From the human T2T-CHM13v2.0 reference genome, Homo sapiens, in assembly GCF_009914755.1 (NCBI RefSeq), contig NC_060929.1: a stretch of DNA of 64,000 nt; one strand, written 5' to 3'. Shown in pieces: positions 43,855 to 57,699 of this stretch; positions within the stretch are counted from its first letter, which is position 1, and each line of letters opens with the position of its first letter. The notes under the pieces are model-generated. The model did not search any database and had not been told where the DNA came from. It saw nothing but the letters and a program-made list of their open reading frames with translations. The position numbers and the translations under genes are program-made.

Positions 43855-44280
43855 AAACACAGCCTGGCACATAGTAGGTGTGCAGTAAATATTTGTAGGA
43901 CCAATCAAACAAATAAAACGATTTCCAAAGATAGATGCCATGAAGGAGATAAAAGAGGCAGGTGACATCAAACACGTGTGACAAAGGTGGTGGAGGGTGG
44001 AAGGGGGAGGTTTAGGCTAAAAGCTAATCAGAGAGAATTTCCCGGGAAGAGTGGCTTACACGGTGAGCACCTCAAGCAGAGAGACGGCACATGCAGAGGC
44101 CCTGAGACAAGAAAGAGCTTTCTGTGCTCCAGGAAAAGCAAGAGCAGCGCAGCAAAAAGGTGGTGAGAACAGGAGAGAGCAGGAGGAGATGGAGTGAGAG
44201 AGGAAACTGTCGAGGAGACAGGGCCTTGTGGGTCTCAGCCAGGAGTTTGCATTTTGTTCTAAGCGGAGAGTTTAAAGTAG
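43855..44280. mobile_element. L2 fragments, both orientations
   Basis: GCCTGGCACATAGTAGGTG...AAATATTTGT; TGCAGAGGCCCTGAG...GGAGTTTGCATTTTGTTCTAAG. Confidence 0.65.
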
Positions 44281-44287
44281 AGGAAGG

Positions 44288-44652
<365 letters not shown>

Positions 44653-47224
44653 TCACTGGGACACTGGTTGAGGGGTCCCCAGCCCTCTTCTGAGGAGAAG
44701 GATCATGCACGTTTCTACCCCAAGACCACCCTCATCTGCCCAGATCAAAGGTGACTGGGTCAGCTGGACCCTGCAGTTTCCTCTCCCACCAGAGCAGAAA
44801 GATGCCGTCATTGGGCACCGCTGCAGGTGAATTAGCCAAGGTCTTCATAAACTGCCTCCCCTGAGCCTCATGACTGCCTGCAAGGTGGAACTGCAGCATC
44901 CCACTTGCAGGTGAAGAGGCTGACACTCAGGGACGGCAGACCCTGAGGGTTCAAAGGCAGATCGAACCCCTAGACTCCAACGTTCACCCTATATGGGGGT
45001 GTCCAGAGGCTTCTGAGACCCCAGGCCTTCTGGGGTCCAGCATCTTCCCGTGAAGCCCCACTCGGCCTGGAGGGTCATGGAGTCATTTACTGTCACTCAC
45101 AAACTCAAGCATCCTATCCTAAGTGTTGCATAAGGGGCTGCCCACTGGTGGCCTATAGGGTTTTATTTTTAAACTCAAATTAGTTGCTAAGATTTAAAAA
45201 AGCAAAAGACTGCCCATGAAAACATGCAGCTCTGGCTTCCATGAAAAAAAAAAAAAAAGCCCAACTGGCTCCTCTGGGCCCGCTGTGCCATGGGGCATCC
45301 ACAAGCTGGAGTGGAGGTTTCCAGACCCTCACGTTCTGCACACAGCCACCTGGCCCCTGGGCCTGTGGCCTCTAGCCCGTGTGCTGCAGAGCCCACCTCT
45401 GCCTTGTTGGTTGGAGAAGCTGGGTCAGGGGTCCCTGCATGGCTGGGGCAGCCCAGGGGAACCTCTGTAGCCCAGGCTTCTCTGCTGTCTCACACAGGGA
45501 CCTCTATGATGGCTTCAGCTGCTAGAACTTTCCAAAATGCTCCTTTTCCTGTCCCCATGTGGCACCGGTGGCCCCCTGCTACCTATTAAGAGGTCCTGCT
45601 CTTCGGCTGCAGATAGGGACAGTGACCTGAGGAAGAGACCATCCCCAAGGCCTTCCAAACCTAAGTCTGAATGCACAGGCTGCTGGGAGGGAGGATGGGG
45701 AGGTAGGGGTGCAAGGCTGGAGGGGAGTGCCACGGGAATACTGTCGTCTCAAGGCTGGGGGACTCCCCAGCAAATTGATGTGAAAGGGAACAGAAGCTGA
45801 TTCAGGGTGCTGAATGGGTGACTTCTCCAGGAGCCCAGAGGCGAGAGTGTTCACTTGCACACGCCTGTATGCACACACTCGTACCACAGCACACACATGT
45901 GGTGATGCACGTGCACTAGCAGGCATGCAGACACACGCCAACTTGCAGCCCGCAAACGCCCACAGACCCAGACAGCAGACGCACGCTCCAGAGCCCACAC
46001 GGTGCCCCGGCCTCCCTAATTGCATTTCTGAAAATGAGATAGAGGAAATCGAATGACTTTGAGGCGGCTGCCGTTACCCCATGGCGATTTCCCATCTCCG
46101 TTCAGAGAGGCCACAGCAGCAAGGCTGTCTGGAGTTCCGTCTGAGCCCTGAGACTCCTTAGCAACCCTCAGCATGGGCCACACTGCAAGCTGTCTCTGGC
46201 CTCGGCCAGCCGCCTGCTATGGACGGGAGCTGCCAGCTCATCTAGGGCTTGCAGTGGTGATAAGGGCCACTGACCTGCCTCCTGGGGCAGCTGAGACTAC
46301 AGTGTCTCTCTGTTCTCAAGGCACCCCAAAGCCCAGGACCACAGCATTTCCCATCATTATAGAGCCCAGGGCCTCTGCCCCATGCTTGGTGCATCCTAGG
46401 ACCCTGTGCCTACAGGATGAGAAGCTGCTGCCCAGAAGATCCCTTCCTATGGGTCTGTGCCACAGTGTGTTCTCCTCCTGAGGCTCTTCCCATCCTGAGC
46501 CACTCCACAGACCCTCTGATTGGAAGTTCCCCCAGACCCCTTATTCTCCACGGCATTTCAGACACAGCCTAGACAGAAGGATGCTGTTGGCCATAATATT
46601 GTCTTCAATGATAGAGCAGACAAATTGCATGATCAGCCGCACTGTTATCCTGGAGGTCACCTGAGACCCTCAGATCTTCCTCATAAACATAGTAAAGCAC
46701 GTCTCTCACACCGAAAGTGGACATTGACAATGGAGGTTTTGAACTGATTGGAGCTATCACTGGTTTCCCTTTATTGGTTTGAATCTGTGCGATGATGAGG
46801 TGCATAGCTGAGAAAGAGCAGAGTCCCCCGGCCAGGTGGCTCCAGGAATGACCCAACCCTGGTCTGAATGACCAAGCCCCTCCTCTCCTGCATCCTCCTG
46901 GGCACAAGAGAGACAGTGGCTGGACCTGAGAACTGCAGAGCCAGGTGGTCCCAGACAAGCCATCACTGCAGAGGAAGAGCCTAAGCCCTGGGATCAACAG
47001 GGAGTGAGAGGCAGCTTGCTTCAAGACTCATCAGAAGTTAGCAGATAATTCCACCCACCTGACACATGGCAGCAGGGAAACAAATGTCTCCGAAAGACCT
47101 CACTCTCACTGGAAACTGGGATTTGGCCTTGCTCGGTCCCAGGTCTCAGCCTCTGCCCAGGCTGGACCCTGGTCCTCCATCTCACTGAGCAGTGGCCACG
47201 CTAGGCCCAGGTGTCAGCTTTGCT

Positions 47225-47935
47225 GGATCATGGACCTCAGCCATGCAGAACCCTGGGCCTCAGCCTCACTGGACCTTGGACCTTGGCCTTACCAGGCTGT
47301 GGACCTTGGCCTCACTGAACCCTGGACCATAGTCTCACTGGATCTTGGCCTTGCTAGACCCTAGACTTCAGCCTTGCTGGGCCTCAGACTCTGGCCTTGC
47401 TTGACCTTGGACCTCAGCCTCACTAAACCCTAGACCATGACCTTATTGGACCCTGGACCTTGGCCTCACTGACCTTGGATCTTGACCTTCCTGGACCCTA
47501 GACCTCAGTCTCACTGGACCTTCGACCTTGGCCTTGCTGGACCCTGGATCTTGGCCTCACTGGACCCTAGGCTTCAGCCTCACTGGACCTTGGACCTCAG
47601 CCTCCCTGGACCCTGGACCTCAGCCTCACTGGACCCTATAGACCCTGGCCTTATTGGACCCTGGACCTTGACCTCACTGGACCTTTGGCCTCAGCCTCCC
47701 TGGACCTTGGACCTCAGAATCATTGGACCCTGGGCCTCAGCATCACAGGATCCTGGACCTTGACCTCCCTGGACCCTGGATCTCGGCCTTACTGGACTCT
47801 GGACCTTGGCCTCATTGGACCCTGGGTCTCAGCCTCACTGACCATGGACCTTAGACTCACTGACCTTGGACCTTGGCCTTGCTGTACTCTAGACCTCGAC
47901 CTCGCTGGACTTGGACCTGGGCCTCGCTGACCACT
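47225..47935. repeat. Degenerate ~23-bp minisatellite, ~30 copies
   Basis: Consensus CTGGACCYTGGACCTYRGCCTCA. Confidence 0.88.
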
Positions 47936-48884
47936 GGGTGCCAGCCTCCGCTTCTCCAGCCCCTCTGCAGGCTGCAGTCCTGCCGTGCCCCCTTGTCTCT
48001 GTGCTGCCAGCACAACTCCAGTCTCGCCCTCTCCTCTTCTTGGGGAAGTTGAGGCTCCTAAGAAAATGCCTTCTGCAGGAGGCCTACTCCACCAGGCAAG
48101 CTGTTGTCCTAGAGAAAAAATAAAAACCACCCAGCCTCACTTATAACAAACTTGGTCTGTTGTGCAACTTTGCAGTACAGAATGTACATGTGCCCAATCT
48201 CCCCACTGTTGCATAATTTTCCAGCTGTTTTCAGGACTATTTCATCCCTCGTCTGGCATATTTCACAAGCCATATATAAAAATTATATATATGTAAATAT
48301 AAAGATGAGCATATGTGTGCGATGAAACGACAAATGTGAAGTGAGGGAAAGGAGGTAGGGGACCAGGACTTAGCAAAAAGGCAGATGAAACAAGTGTAAA
48401 CATTTTGAATGCCACCTTCTCGACGTCTGGGTGAGAAAAGGAAGTTGGACTCCATTTAAATTTAAAGTGAGACATTCGTCCAATAAAATCGATTTCAAAC
48501 TTGGTGGTGTTTGGCTTCCCTCTTCTCCAGTAGTTTTCTTTTTTTCGTAGTAACCCTTAAAACTCCATCCTATTCGTTACAGAAATTCTGTGTGCATCTT
48601 CTTGCCAAATATTTCTTAACAACGTAAGCTGAGATGTCCCATATGGCACAGAAAGGCAACATCCTGGCAAGCCCCTGCCTCCTCGTGCCTTATCACGACC
48701 CTTCACAGAGATAAGCTGAGCACTTCCTCCTGACAGGAAACCTGGGTTTCTGCTGGTCCTGCCAAAGTCACCTGCACAAGGGAGGCCACTCTCTTCCCAG
48801 AAGCAGGATCTGCCCAGGATGGCTGGGCCTGTGATGGGGAAGATGCTGAGCAGAGGGACCTGCAGGGCCAGACAGGTCACACCC

Positions 48885-49100
48885 TAGGCCACAAGCTGGA
48901 GGTTTGCAGGCAGAATCCTGCCCATGGGCATGTTTGGCTGGGACAGCACAGTCACTTTGAAAATTTGAATTAGATGCATAAGTTAAAAACTAGGTGCTTT
49001 CAGATTAGAAATCTAGATTCTTGGCTGCGAAAATAAAACTGATAAAACAAAATGTCCTGACAACACAGGGCTTGCACTCCAGCAGGGCAGTGGGACCAGG
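48885..49100 (+). mobile_element. MER102-like hAT element
   Basis: AAAATTTGAATTAG...AAATCTAGATT...ACAACACAGGGC; similar relics at ~38225-38312 and ~45135-45270. Confidence 0.55.
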
Positions 49101-49528
49101 GGCTCAGAAGGGGCTGCCTATCCATCTCAGATCCCTTCTCACCTGTATCAATCAGCTATAGGCACAGGAGAACTACCTTGCCACCTACCCCAGGGAACAA
49201 GAGCCATCCTGCGGTCACAGCTCCGCCGGTCCAGGCTGTAGCTGGGGCAGCTCAGCTCCATGTCAGCTCATGTGGAGCCCAAAGTGCTGGGACAGCAGCT
49301 CCTGGGGAAGCCCATCTCATGGAGGAGGTCAGAATCTTCGAGAAAGATGAGCATAAAGACCTCATGCTTAAGGCCCAGGCTCAAATCCAGCACACCATCA
49401 CTTCCACCTGTGTTCCACTGGCCAGGAGAGATGCACGCCCAGCCCAGTGGGAGTGGGGTGAGGAGGGACACTTCATCCTAGAGGGAGAAGCTGCAAAGTC
49501 ACACAACAGTGGATGTGGAAGAGGGGTG

Positions 49529-50419
49529 TGTACTGGATTGAGCAGGGTCCTCCAAAAGTGCATGTCCTTCTGGAATCTTAGAAAGGGATCTCATTGGAAA
49601 ACGGGCTCTTTGCAGATGTAATTAGTTAAGAGGAGGTCACACTGGATCAGAGTGGCCCCAATCCAATATGATGGGTGTCTTTCTAAGAAGTGGAGATGCA
49701 GAGACACAGATACACAGACAGAAGGCCATATGGTGACAGAGGCAGAGATCAGAGTGATGCCACCACCAGCCAAGGAACAGCAAGTGTTGCCAGAGCTATG
49801 ACCTCAACTGTGCCCCCTTCAAATTCACATACTGAAGCCCTAACCCCTAATGGGACTGTATCTGGAGACAGGGCTTTTGGGAGGAGATTAAGGTTAAATG
49901 AGGTCATAGGGGTGGGGCCCTAATCCAATAAGACTGGTGTCCTTATAAGAAGAGGAAGGGTTATCTCCCTCCCTCATTCCCTCCCTCCCTCTCCCTCTCT
50001 CTCTTGCTCTCACTCTGGCTCTCTCCAACACCTGAGGACACAGCAAGAAGGCAGCCAGCTACAAGCTGGGAAGAGAGCCCTCACCAGGAACTTAATTGAA
50101 TGGTATGTTGATTTTGAACTTCCCACCTCCAGAACTGTGAGAATACATTTCTGTTGTGTAAGCCCCTCCATGACATTTCAGTGGCAGCCCAGGCTGATTA
50201 GTACAGCCAGCAGTCACCAGAAGCCAGAAGAGACACATGGAACAGACTCTCCCTCCAAGCCTCCAGAATGAGCCAGCACCTTGATTACAGACTTCTGGCC
50301 TCCAGAACTGTGAGAGTCACCTTGATTTCAGACTTCTGGCCTCCAGAACTGTGAGAGTAGATTTCTATTGTTTTAAGTCATTTGAGTTTGTGATCATCCG
50401 TTATGGCAGCTCTAATATA
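49529..50419 (+). mobile_element. MLT1C-like LTR
   Basis: TCTTTGCAGATGTAATTAGTTAAG...GACTTCTGGCCTCCAGAACTGTGAGA; internal 41-bp tandem duplication at 50277-50358. Confidence 0.8.
49794..50205 (+). mobile_element. MLT1A0/B-like LTR nested in the MLT1C-like LTR
   Basis: TAAGGTTAAATGAGGTCATAGGGGTGGGGCCCTAATCCAATA; TSD GCCAG at 49789-49793 and 50206-50210. Confidence 0.82.
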
Positions 50420-50497
50420 GGATGGGTGAGGAATTGGAAACAATAAGACAATATACTACAGACTGTCCTCTTGGACCCAATTACTCAAGAGGCTTCC

Positions 50498-50771
50498 TGC
50501 TGTGGTTTGAATGTGTCCCCTACAAAATTCATGTGTTGGAAACTTAATCCCCAATGCAACAGTGTTGAGGGGTGAGCTGTGATAAAAGGGGCTTGTGAAA
50601 ATCGGTTCTCTCTCTTCTGTTCTTCTTCCACATGAGGACACAGCAAAAAAGCCCCCATCAAATGCTGGTGCCTTGATCTTGCCTTCAGAACAGTGAGAGA
50701 ATTAATTTCTGTTCTTTGTAAATTATGCAATCTTGGTATTCAGTTACAGCAGCACAAAATGGACGAAGACA
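50498..50771 (+). mobile_element. MST-family LTR, internally deleted
   Basis: TGCTGTGGTTTGAATGTGTCCCC..AATTCATGTGTTGGAAACTTAATCCCCAATGCAACAGTG...GAAGACA. Confidence 0.8.
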
Positions 50772-51362
50772 CGCCTGCTCCCAAAATATACTCACTCCAT
50801 CCTAAGACCCTGAAAGCCTTAACCACTCATGATTCAAGCTTGAAGTCCAGAATACCCCATCCTACATCACATCCAGATGTGGCTTCTCTTGCTCCAGAGA
50901 CCTGTGGAACACAAGGAGAAGTTATGTTCACCCCTCCTACCTTCCACACCTCACACACACCCCAGCAACACTCCCATTCAAAGGAGGGAAGGACAGGAAG
51001 CCCATAGCAGTCACTGGTTCATAGCAATCCTTAAATCCTGTTGGAAAAATGTTGCCAGGTGCTGCTCCCCTGGGGGTCGAGAATGTTCTGGGATGAGGTT
51101 CCAGGTTCACCCTCTGGGACTTGAGCCTCAATCCATTGTTTTCTGTGGCTGTTTACTCTCTAGGAGATCCTTCCTTTCCCATCCTTCTCCTTGGTCACCT
51201 CTGAGAAGGACCCTGGAAAATATGCCCTTCCTGGCAGCTGAAGGGTCTTGTTCATAAAATGTCAGTGGCCCCCAAATTTTTTTTTCCACATTAAATACCG
51301 TTAGTCTCTTTTAGTCCAGACTGGTGGGCTTTTGCCAAAACAGCTCTCTCAAAAATGATGTA

Positions 51363-51723
<361 letters not shown>

Positions 51724-51970
51724 CTACACTTAATTGCAGGTACTGTGAGCCCCCTGAGCTGCTTCAGGACCCACCGTTGATCTTTCTAGTAACTGCTGGG
51801 CATCATTTAATTCTTTCAGAGGTCTTCACACAAGGTGTGATAGCTGTGTCTTTGATTTGATTTTTGTCCCCAAGCTATATCTTCATTGACTTGAATTTTC
51901 TTCCAGGCTGTATCTTAAGTGGGAAATCTTTTATTGGATGGAGAGATTGAAGATTAGAAATAGTTTTCTT

Positions 51971-52289
<319 letters not shown>

Positions 52290-53314
52290 TTATTTTCCAA
52301 CCCAGAAAGTTCCAGAATTTCCAGGCTCTGTTTTCCTTCTCAATTCTTCTTGACAAGCAGCCAGTGTTTTCCGGAGATGTCTCCTGTTTGTGGTTCCATA
52401 TCAACTGTGGGCAGCAGAGGCCAGCTCATGCCTTCAACATCCTACCTGGACACACCCAGCCCAAAGCCGTGAGTGTACCAAGTACCTTTTCTAACCTTCA
52501 ACTTACTGCGAGTGACAGTTTTTAGCAAATGTCTCACCACTGCATAACACAGGCCATCATTTTTGCAGCCTCCTATAACAGTTTCTGGTTTCAAAGCCAA
52601 TTCTGTTCTAGGTACCGGTTTCCATAGCGGTTCACCACTGCCATAATATCGCTGCATAATAAACCACCCTAAAACTTGGCAACCTCAAACAGCAAGAACG
52701 TATTCTCAGGCTCACAGCTCGGTTTTTGTGTGTGCGTTCTGGGGCCCGGGCTGAGGGGGCAGCAGCTCCCACGGGAAGCTCATCCCATGGGTGAGGTCAG
52801 AAGCTGCCAGAAAATGTCACTTCGCCCACGTACCACTGGCCAGGCAAAACTCACTGCCCAGCCTGTCCTAGAGGGAGAAGCTGCAAAGTCATGTGTCAGA
52901 GGGCACGGACATAGGGATGGGGAGGCCCGGGGAACCGCAGTGCAGCCCAGCACAGCCTGCATTGAAGTTTCATTACTTGCCAGTTTTCGCATTATGAAAG
53001 TGCTGGTTCTTGTAACAAGTGAAATGATTCCAAATCATGTGAACCAAAGCAAGTATCTGTTCCCTGTGCATCTCCCACATCGCCTTCTTTGCGGATAGAG
53101 AAGAATGGAGCCATGGTGGGGGAGGAAGCCAGGAAGAGAGAGGAGGAAGCAAGACTGAAGCAGGGAAAGGGCTGGCGCCTCCCCTGCCCCAGTTCCAGCC
53201 CCGCCAGAGGCTCCACGCGCTTTCCCACTCTGGATGTCATGGAATCCGCACCACCCTCATTCTCAACACCGAAGGACCCAATTTGTGCATGACAGTTTAG
53301 ATGGGTTTCTCTTC

Positions 53315-53782
53315 TGTATTAGCTTCCTGTGGCTGCTGTAACAAATCAACACCAACTTGGTTTAAGCGGGGCTTAAACCGAAAGAAACTTATTCTCTCCC
53401 CGCTCTGGAGGGCAGAAGTCCGAAGTGAGTCTGAGAGCAGAAAGCAGGTGTCTGCAGGGCCACACTCCCTCCAGAGGCTTTGGGGAGAATCTGTTCCCTG
53501 CCTCGCCCAGCTCCTGGGGCTGCTGGCGTTCCTTGGCTCACGGGCGCTTCCCTCCCATCTCTGCCTCCCTGGTCACATCGCCGCCTCCTCTTCTGGGTGT
53601 GTGTCTGGGTCAAACCTCCCTCTGCCTCCTCCTCATAAGGACATTTATCCAATTTAGCACCCACCTAGATAATCCAGGATAATCTTCTCCTCTCAAAATC
53701 ATCCATCAAATCACATCTTCAAAGACACCTTTTCCAAGTGAGGCAACCTTTACACCTTTGCAGACCATCATTCCACAGCCAC
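53315..53782 (-). mobile_element. MLT1C/D-like LTR
   Basis: TGTATTAGCTTCCTGTGGCTGCTGTAACAAAT...GATAATCCAGGATAATCT. Confidence 0.8.
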
Positions 53783-54211
53783 GCCCAGAACAGGGGAGCC
53801 AGGTGATGGAGGGTGGGATCTGCCTGCCGAGAACGAGGAAGGGCATCGGTGACAGGTAACAACCTGAGGCACTGGAGAGGGAGAGCACGCGTGATGTTCC
53901 TCAGAAACGAGTCGCATTTCCGCATAGCGCCTCCTTCAGACCGTGAGAGATCGCCAGAGGGCGTGGGCTTTCCGTTCTGTTCTCTGAACCTACAGTTAAG
54001 CCCAAGCCAGGGGCCGCTTTTCCCTAATGAACATGCCTTTCTTCGGTGGACCTGACCCTGTTACAGGAAAGCCGCGCTTTGATGAAACCAGTTCTTTAAA
54101 ATGAAACATGGTATTAAAAGCCATAACAGGATCCCTGTGAAATTAAACAGGGAAGACAGACGTTCTAAACGCCCCCCGACACTGGTTTTGATTTTTTAAG
54201 TTGTCAGTTAA

Positions 54212-54678
<467 letters not shown>

Positions 54679-54859
54679 ATACAATCTTGCCTGCCACCCA
54701 TGTTTCAGCTCTGGGGGTGGAAGGCAGGAAGCCACCGGTGAGAGCCAAGAACTAGTCACGAGATCAGTGAGGGGTTCTGTCTGTATCAGCCTGTCTCAGG
54801 ACCGTGAAAGGGCCGTTCCAAGCAAGGGCTCAGATGTGGATAAGAACTGGTGGCTTAAA

Positions 54860-55300
54860 TATGGTTATATGGCAAGTGACAGAAACTGACTCGGGCTGAC
54901 TTGGGCAAAAAGGGAAGTTATTGTTTCACAGAATTAAAAATCCAGGGATAGTTTGGCCTTGGACAGCTGAAATGTTGTCCTCAGGACCCAGTTTCTTTCC
55001 CTCCAGCTCTCTGTTCCTCTTCCTATGGGTTGATCCCATCTCAAACAAGAAATGTCCTCATGATACCAACAGGGCTGCCACGGCTCCAGCTTCACATTCT
55101 CAGAACCTCAAGCCCTGAGGGGAAACAGGCTTCTTCCCCAACAACTCATATTGAGTCCCAGGTATCTAGTGGGCCTAGATGGGGCCAGGGGCCCATCCTT
55201 GCACCAATCTAATGGCCAAGAATTCACTGAGGGGCCAGGATTTGGCCGAACGATCCACCCCCGAAAGCTAAGGGCTGGGTTAGCTTCACCCTAGTTACAT
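54860..55300 (-). mobile_element. MLT1K/L-like LTR
   Basis: GCAAGTGACAGAAACTGACTC...AAAAAGGGAAGTTATTG. Confidence 0.55.
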
Positions 55301-55649
55301 GCCCCACAGAAAAGCATGAGTGGCTACTAAATAGTAAGTGTCTCCCATGCTACTTTAATGGCTGACTCAAAATGCCTCTAGTAAGTCAGAAAAGCAGTTA
55401 ATCCTTATAGTCTGGATCGTCCAGTTTAATGGCTCTATTAGTCAAGAGTTGCCATTAAAAAACACCACACACTGTGTGGCTTGAACAACGGAAATTTATT
55501 TTCTCACAGCTCTGGAGGCTGAAAATCTGGGACCAGCGTGCTTGCATGGTCGGCTCCTGGTGAGGCCTCTCTGGCTTGTAGACACATCTCACTATGTCTT
55601 CACACAACCTCTTCTCTGTGCAAGAAAGAAGAGAGAGAGAGAGAGAGAT

Positions 55650-55980
55650 GGAGGGGGAGAGAGAGGGAGAGACGGAGGGGGAGAGGGAGGGAGACACGGA
55701 GGGGGAGAGGGAGGGAGAGACGGAGGGGGAGAGGGAGGGAGAGACGGAGGGGGAGAGGGAGGGAGAGACGGAGGGGGAGAGGGAGGGAGAGACGGAGGGG
55801 GAGAGGGAGGGAGAGACGGAGGGGGAGAGGGAGGGAGAGACGGAGGGGGAGAGGGAGGGAGAGACGGAGGGGGAGAGGGAGGGAGAGACGGAGGGGGAGA
55901 GGGAGGGAGAGACGGAGGGGGAGAGGGAGGGAGAGACGGAGGGGGAGAGGGAGGGAGAGACGGAGGGGGAGAGAGAGGGA
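55650..55980. repeat. G-rich minisatellite, ~14 x 24 bp
   Basis: GGAGGGGGAGAGGGAGGGAGAGAC. Confidence 0.95.
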
Positions 55981-56021
55981 AAGAGCCTTAGCTCAAGCAT
56001 GCACTCTGGTGTCTTTTCCCC

Positions 56022-56335
56022 TTTTATTTGTTTATCTATTTATTTCTGAGACAGGGTCTCACTCTGTCACCCACACTGAAGTGCAGTGGCACGAACACGG
56101 CTCACTGCACCCTCGACCTCCTGGGCTCAAGTGATCCTCCTACCTCAGCCTCCCGAGTAGCCAGGACTATAGTTGCACACCGCCATGCTTGGCTAATTTT
56201 TTTTTTTTTTTTGTACAGTCAGAGTCTCACTGTGTTGCCCAGGCTGGTCTCAAACTCCTGGGCTCAAGGGATCTTACCTCCCACCTTGGCCTCCCAAAGT
56301 TCTGGGATTCCAGGTGTGAGCCATCACACTGCCCC
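56022..56335 (-). mobile_element. AluJ
   Basis: GAGACAGGGTCTCACTCTG...CTCCTGGGCTCAAG. Confidence 0.88.
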
Positions 56336-56880
56336 CTCTTTTATAAGGACAAGAGTTCTATTAGATGAGGGCCACACCCTTATGACCCCACTTAACCTTA
56401 ATCACCTCCTTAAAGACTATCTCCAAACAGTCACACTGGGGCTAGGGTTTCATCATCTGGGTGGATGAAGCACAGTTTAGTCCATGCAATGGTCAAACTA
56501 ACAAGGTAATTGCATATTTCCACTGGGTCCTATGTCAGCATGGCTTGTTATCCCAAGAAACACCAACTCAACAGCCCCGGGGAAATCGGGGCTGGAGGTG
56601 AAGGTGGAAATGCTTTGCCTGCTTCCGGCCTGTGCCTCCTCCCTCCCACACACCACCCCAGCCAGCCCACCCTGCTCCAGGACCACCCCAGGCCTAGTGG
56701 AGAGGCCAGGGCCTATAGGGCAAGCTGGCTCAGGTCAGCCAGGTGCCAGGCCCACCCTGGCCTCCAACCCCAGCCCCAGTGGCTGCACCCACTTCTTTTC
56801 AGAGTCCAGTCTCAGAACTCCAACCTGGGGGCTCCCTCGTCTCCCTCAGAGCCACTACCCCATGTGCCTTTCTCTATACC

Positions 56881-57493
56881 TGCTGTAGGCTGGCCTTTTA
56901 TCACCTCCAAATCTCATGTTAAGATTTGGTGTCAATGTTGGAGGTGAGGCGTAAGGGAGGTGTTGGGTCATGGGGCAGGTGTCCCTCATGAATAGAAATC
57001 TTTCTGGCCGGGCGCAGTGGTTCACGCCTGTAATCCCTGGACTTTGTGAGGCCAAAGCAGGTGGATCACCTGAGGTTGGGTGTTCGAGACCAACCTGACC
57101 AACATGGAGAACCCCTGTCTCTACTAAAACAAAAAAAAAAAACAAAAAAAAGAAATCTTTCTATTAGGGTTTTCTACTCATGAGGGACACCCCGGCCCCC
57201 GCACCCGTCCCCACGAATTCCCTCCCTGTGTGGGGCAGGGTGAGTGAGCTCCTGCTCTTTTAGTTCTTGTGAGAGCCTGGCACCTCCCCTGTCTCTCCTG
57301 CTTCTCACTCACCATGTGGTCTGCACACACCAGCTCCCCTCCACCTTCCTCCATGAGTGGAAGCAGCCGGAGGCCCTCCCCAGATGCCCAAATCTGAACT
57401 TTCCAGACATCAAGTCAACCTCCGAGCCAGATAAACTTCTTTTCTTTATAAACTACCCAGCCTCTGGAATTCCTTCAGAGCAACACTAAGACA
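56881..57493 (+). mobile_element. MSTB-like LTR
   Basis: CCTCCAAATCTCATGTT...GGGAGGTGTTGGGTCATGGGG...TTTCTTTATAAACTACCCAGCCTC...CTAAGACA. Confidence 0.8.
57006..57150 (+). mobile_element. Alu left monomer (AluSp-like) with its own A-tail
   Basis: CTGACCAACATGGAGAA; perfect TSD AGAAATCTTTCT. Confidence 0.9.
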
Positions 57494-57699
57494 CTGCCCC
57501 GCCCTTACCTCCTGGTAACCCCAGGCTGAGACACAAACCACATTCATGGACATGTGAGCAACTGTGGAGGGGTCTTTTGGTCAAAAATGGAATCATTCCA
57601 TAGGTATCAGCAGCCAACAGTTCTCACTTCCTGACACGTCGCGGCCGTCTATTGAGGATGGTAGCCTGAGATCTACTGCCTTCTCCAGCAGGTGCTTAA

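Larger units (their letters stand above)
55436..56488 (-). mobile_element. MLT1A0-like LTR split by a VNTR and an AluJ
   Basis: AACAACGGAAATTTATTTTCTCACAGCTCTGGAGGCTG ... CACCCTTATGACCCCACTTAACCTTAATCACCTCC. Confidence 0.78.

Noticed and set aside
55455-56134. SPSV / EGER repeat ORFs
   Set aside because: Translation of the 24-bp repeat
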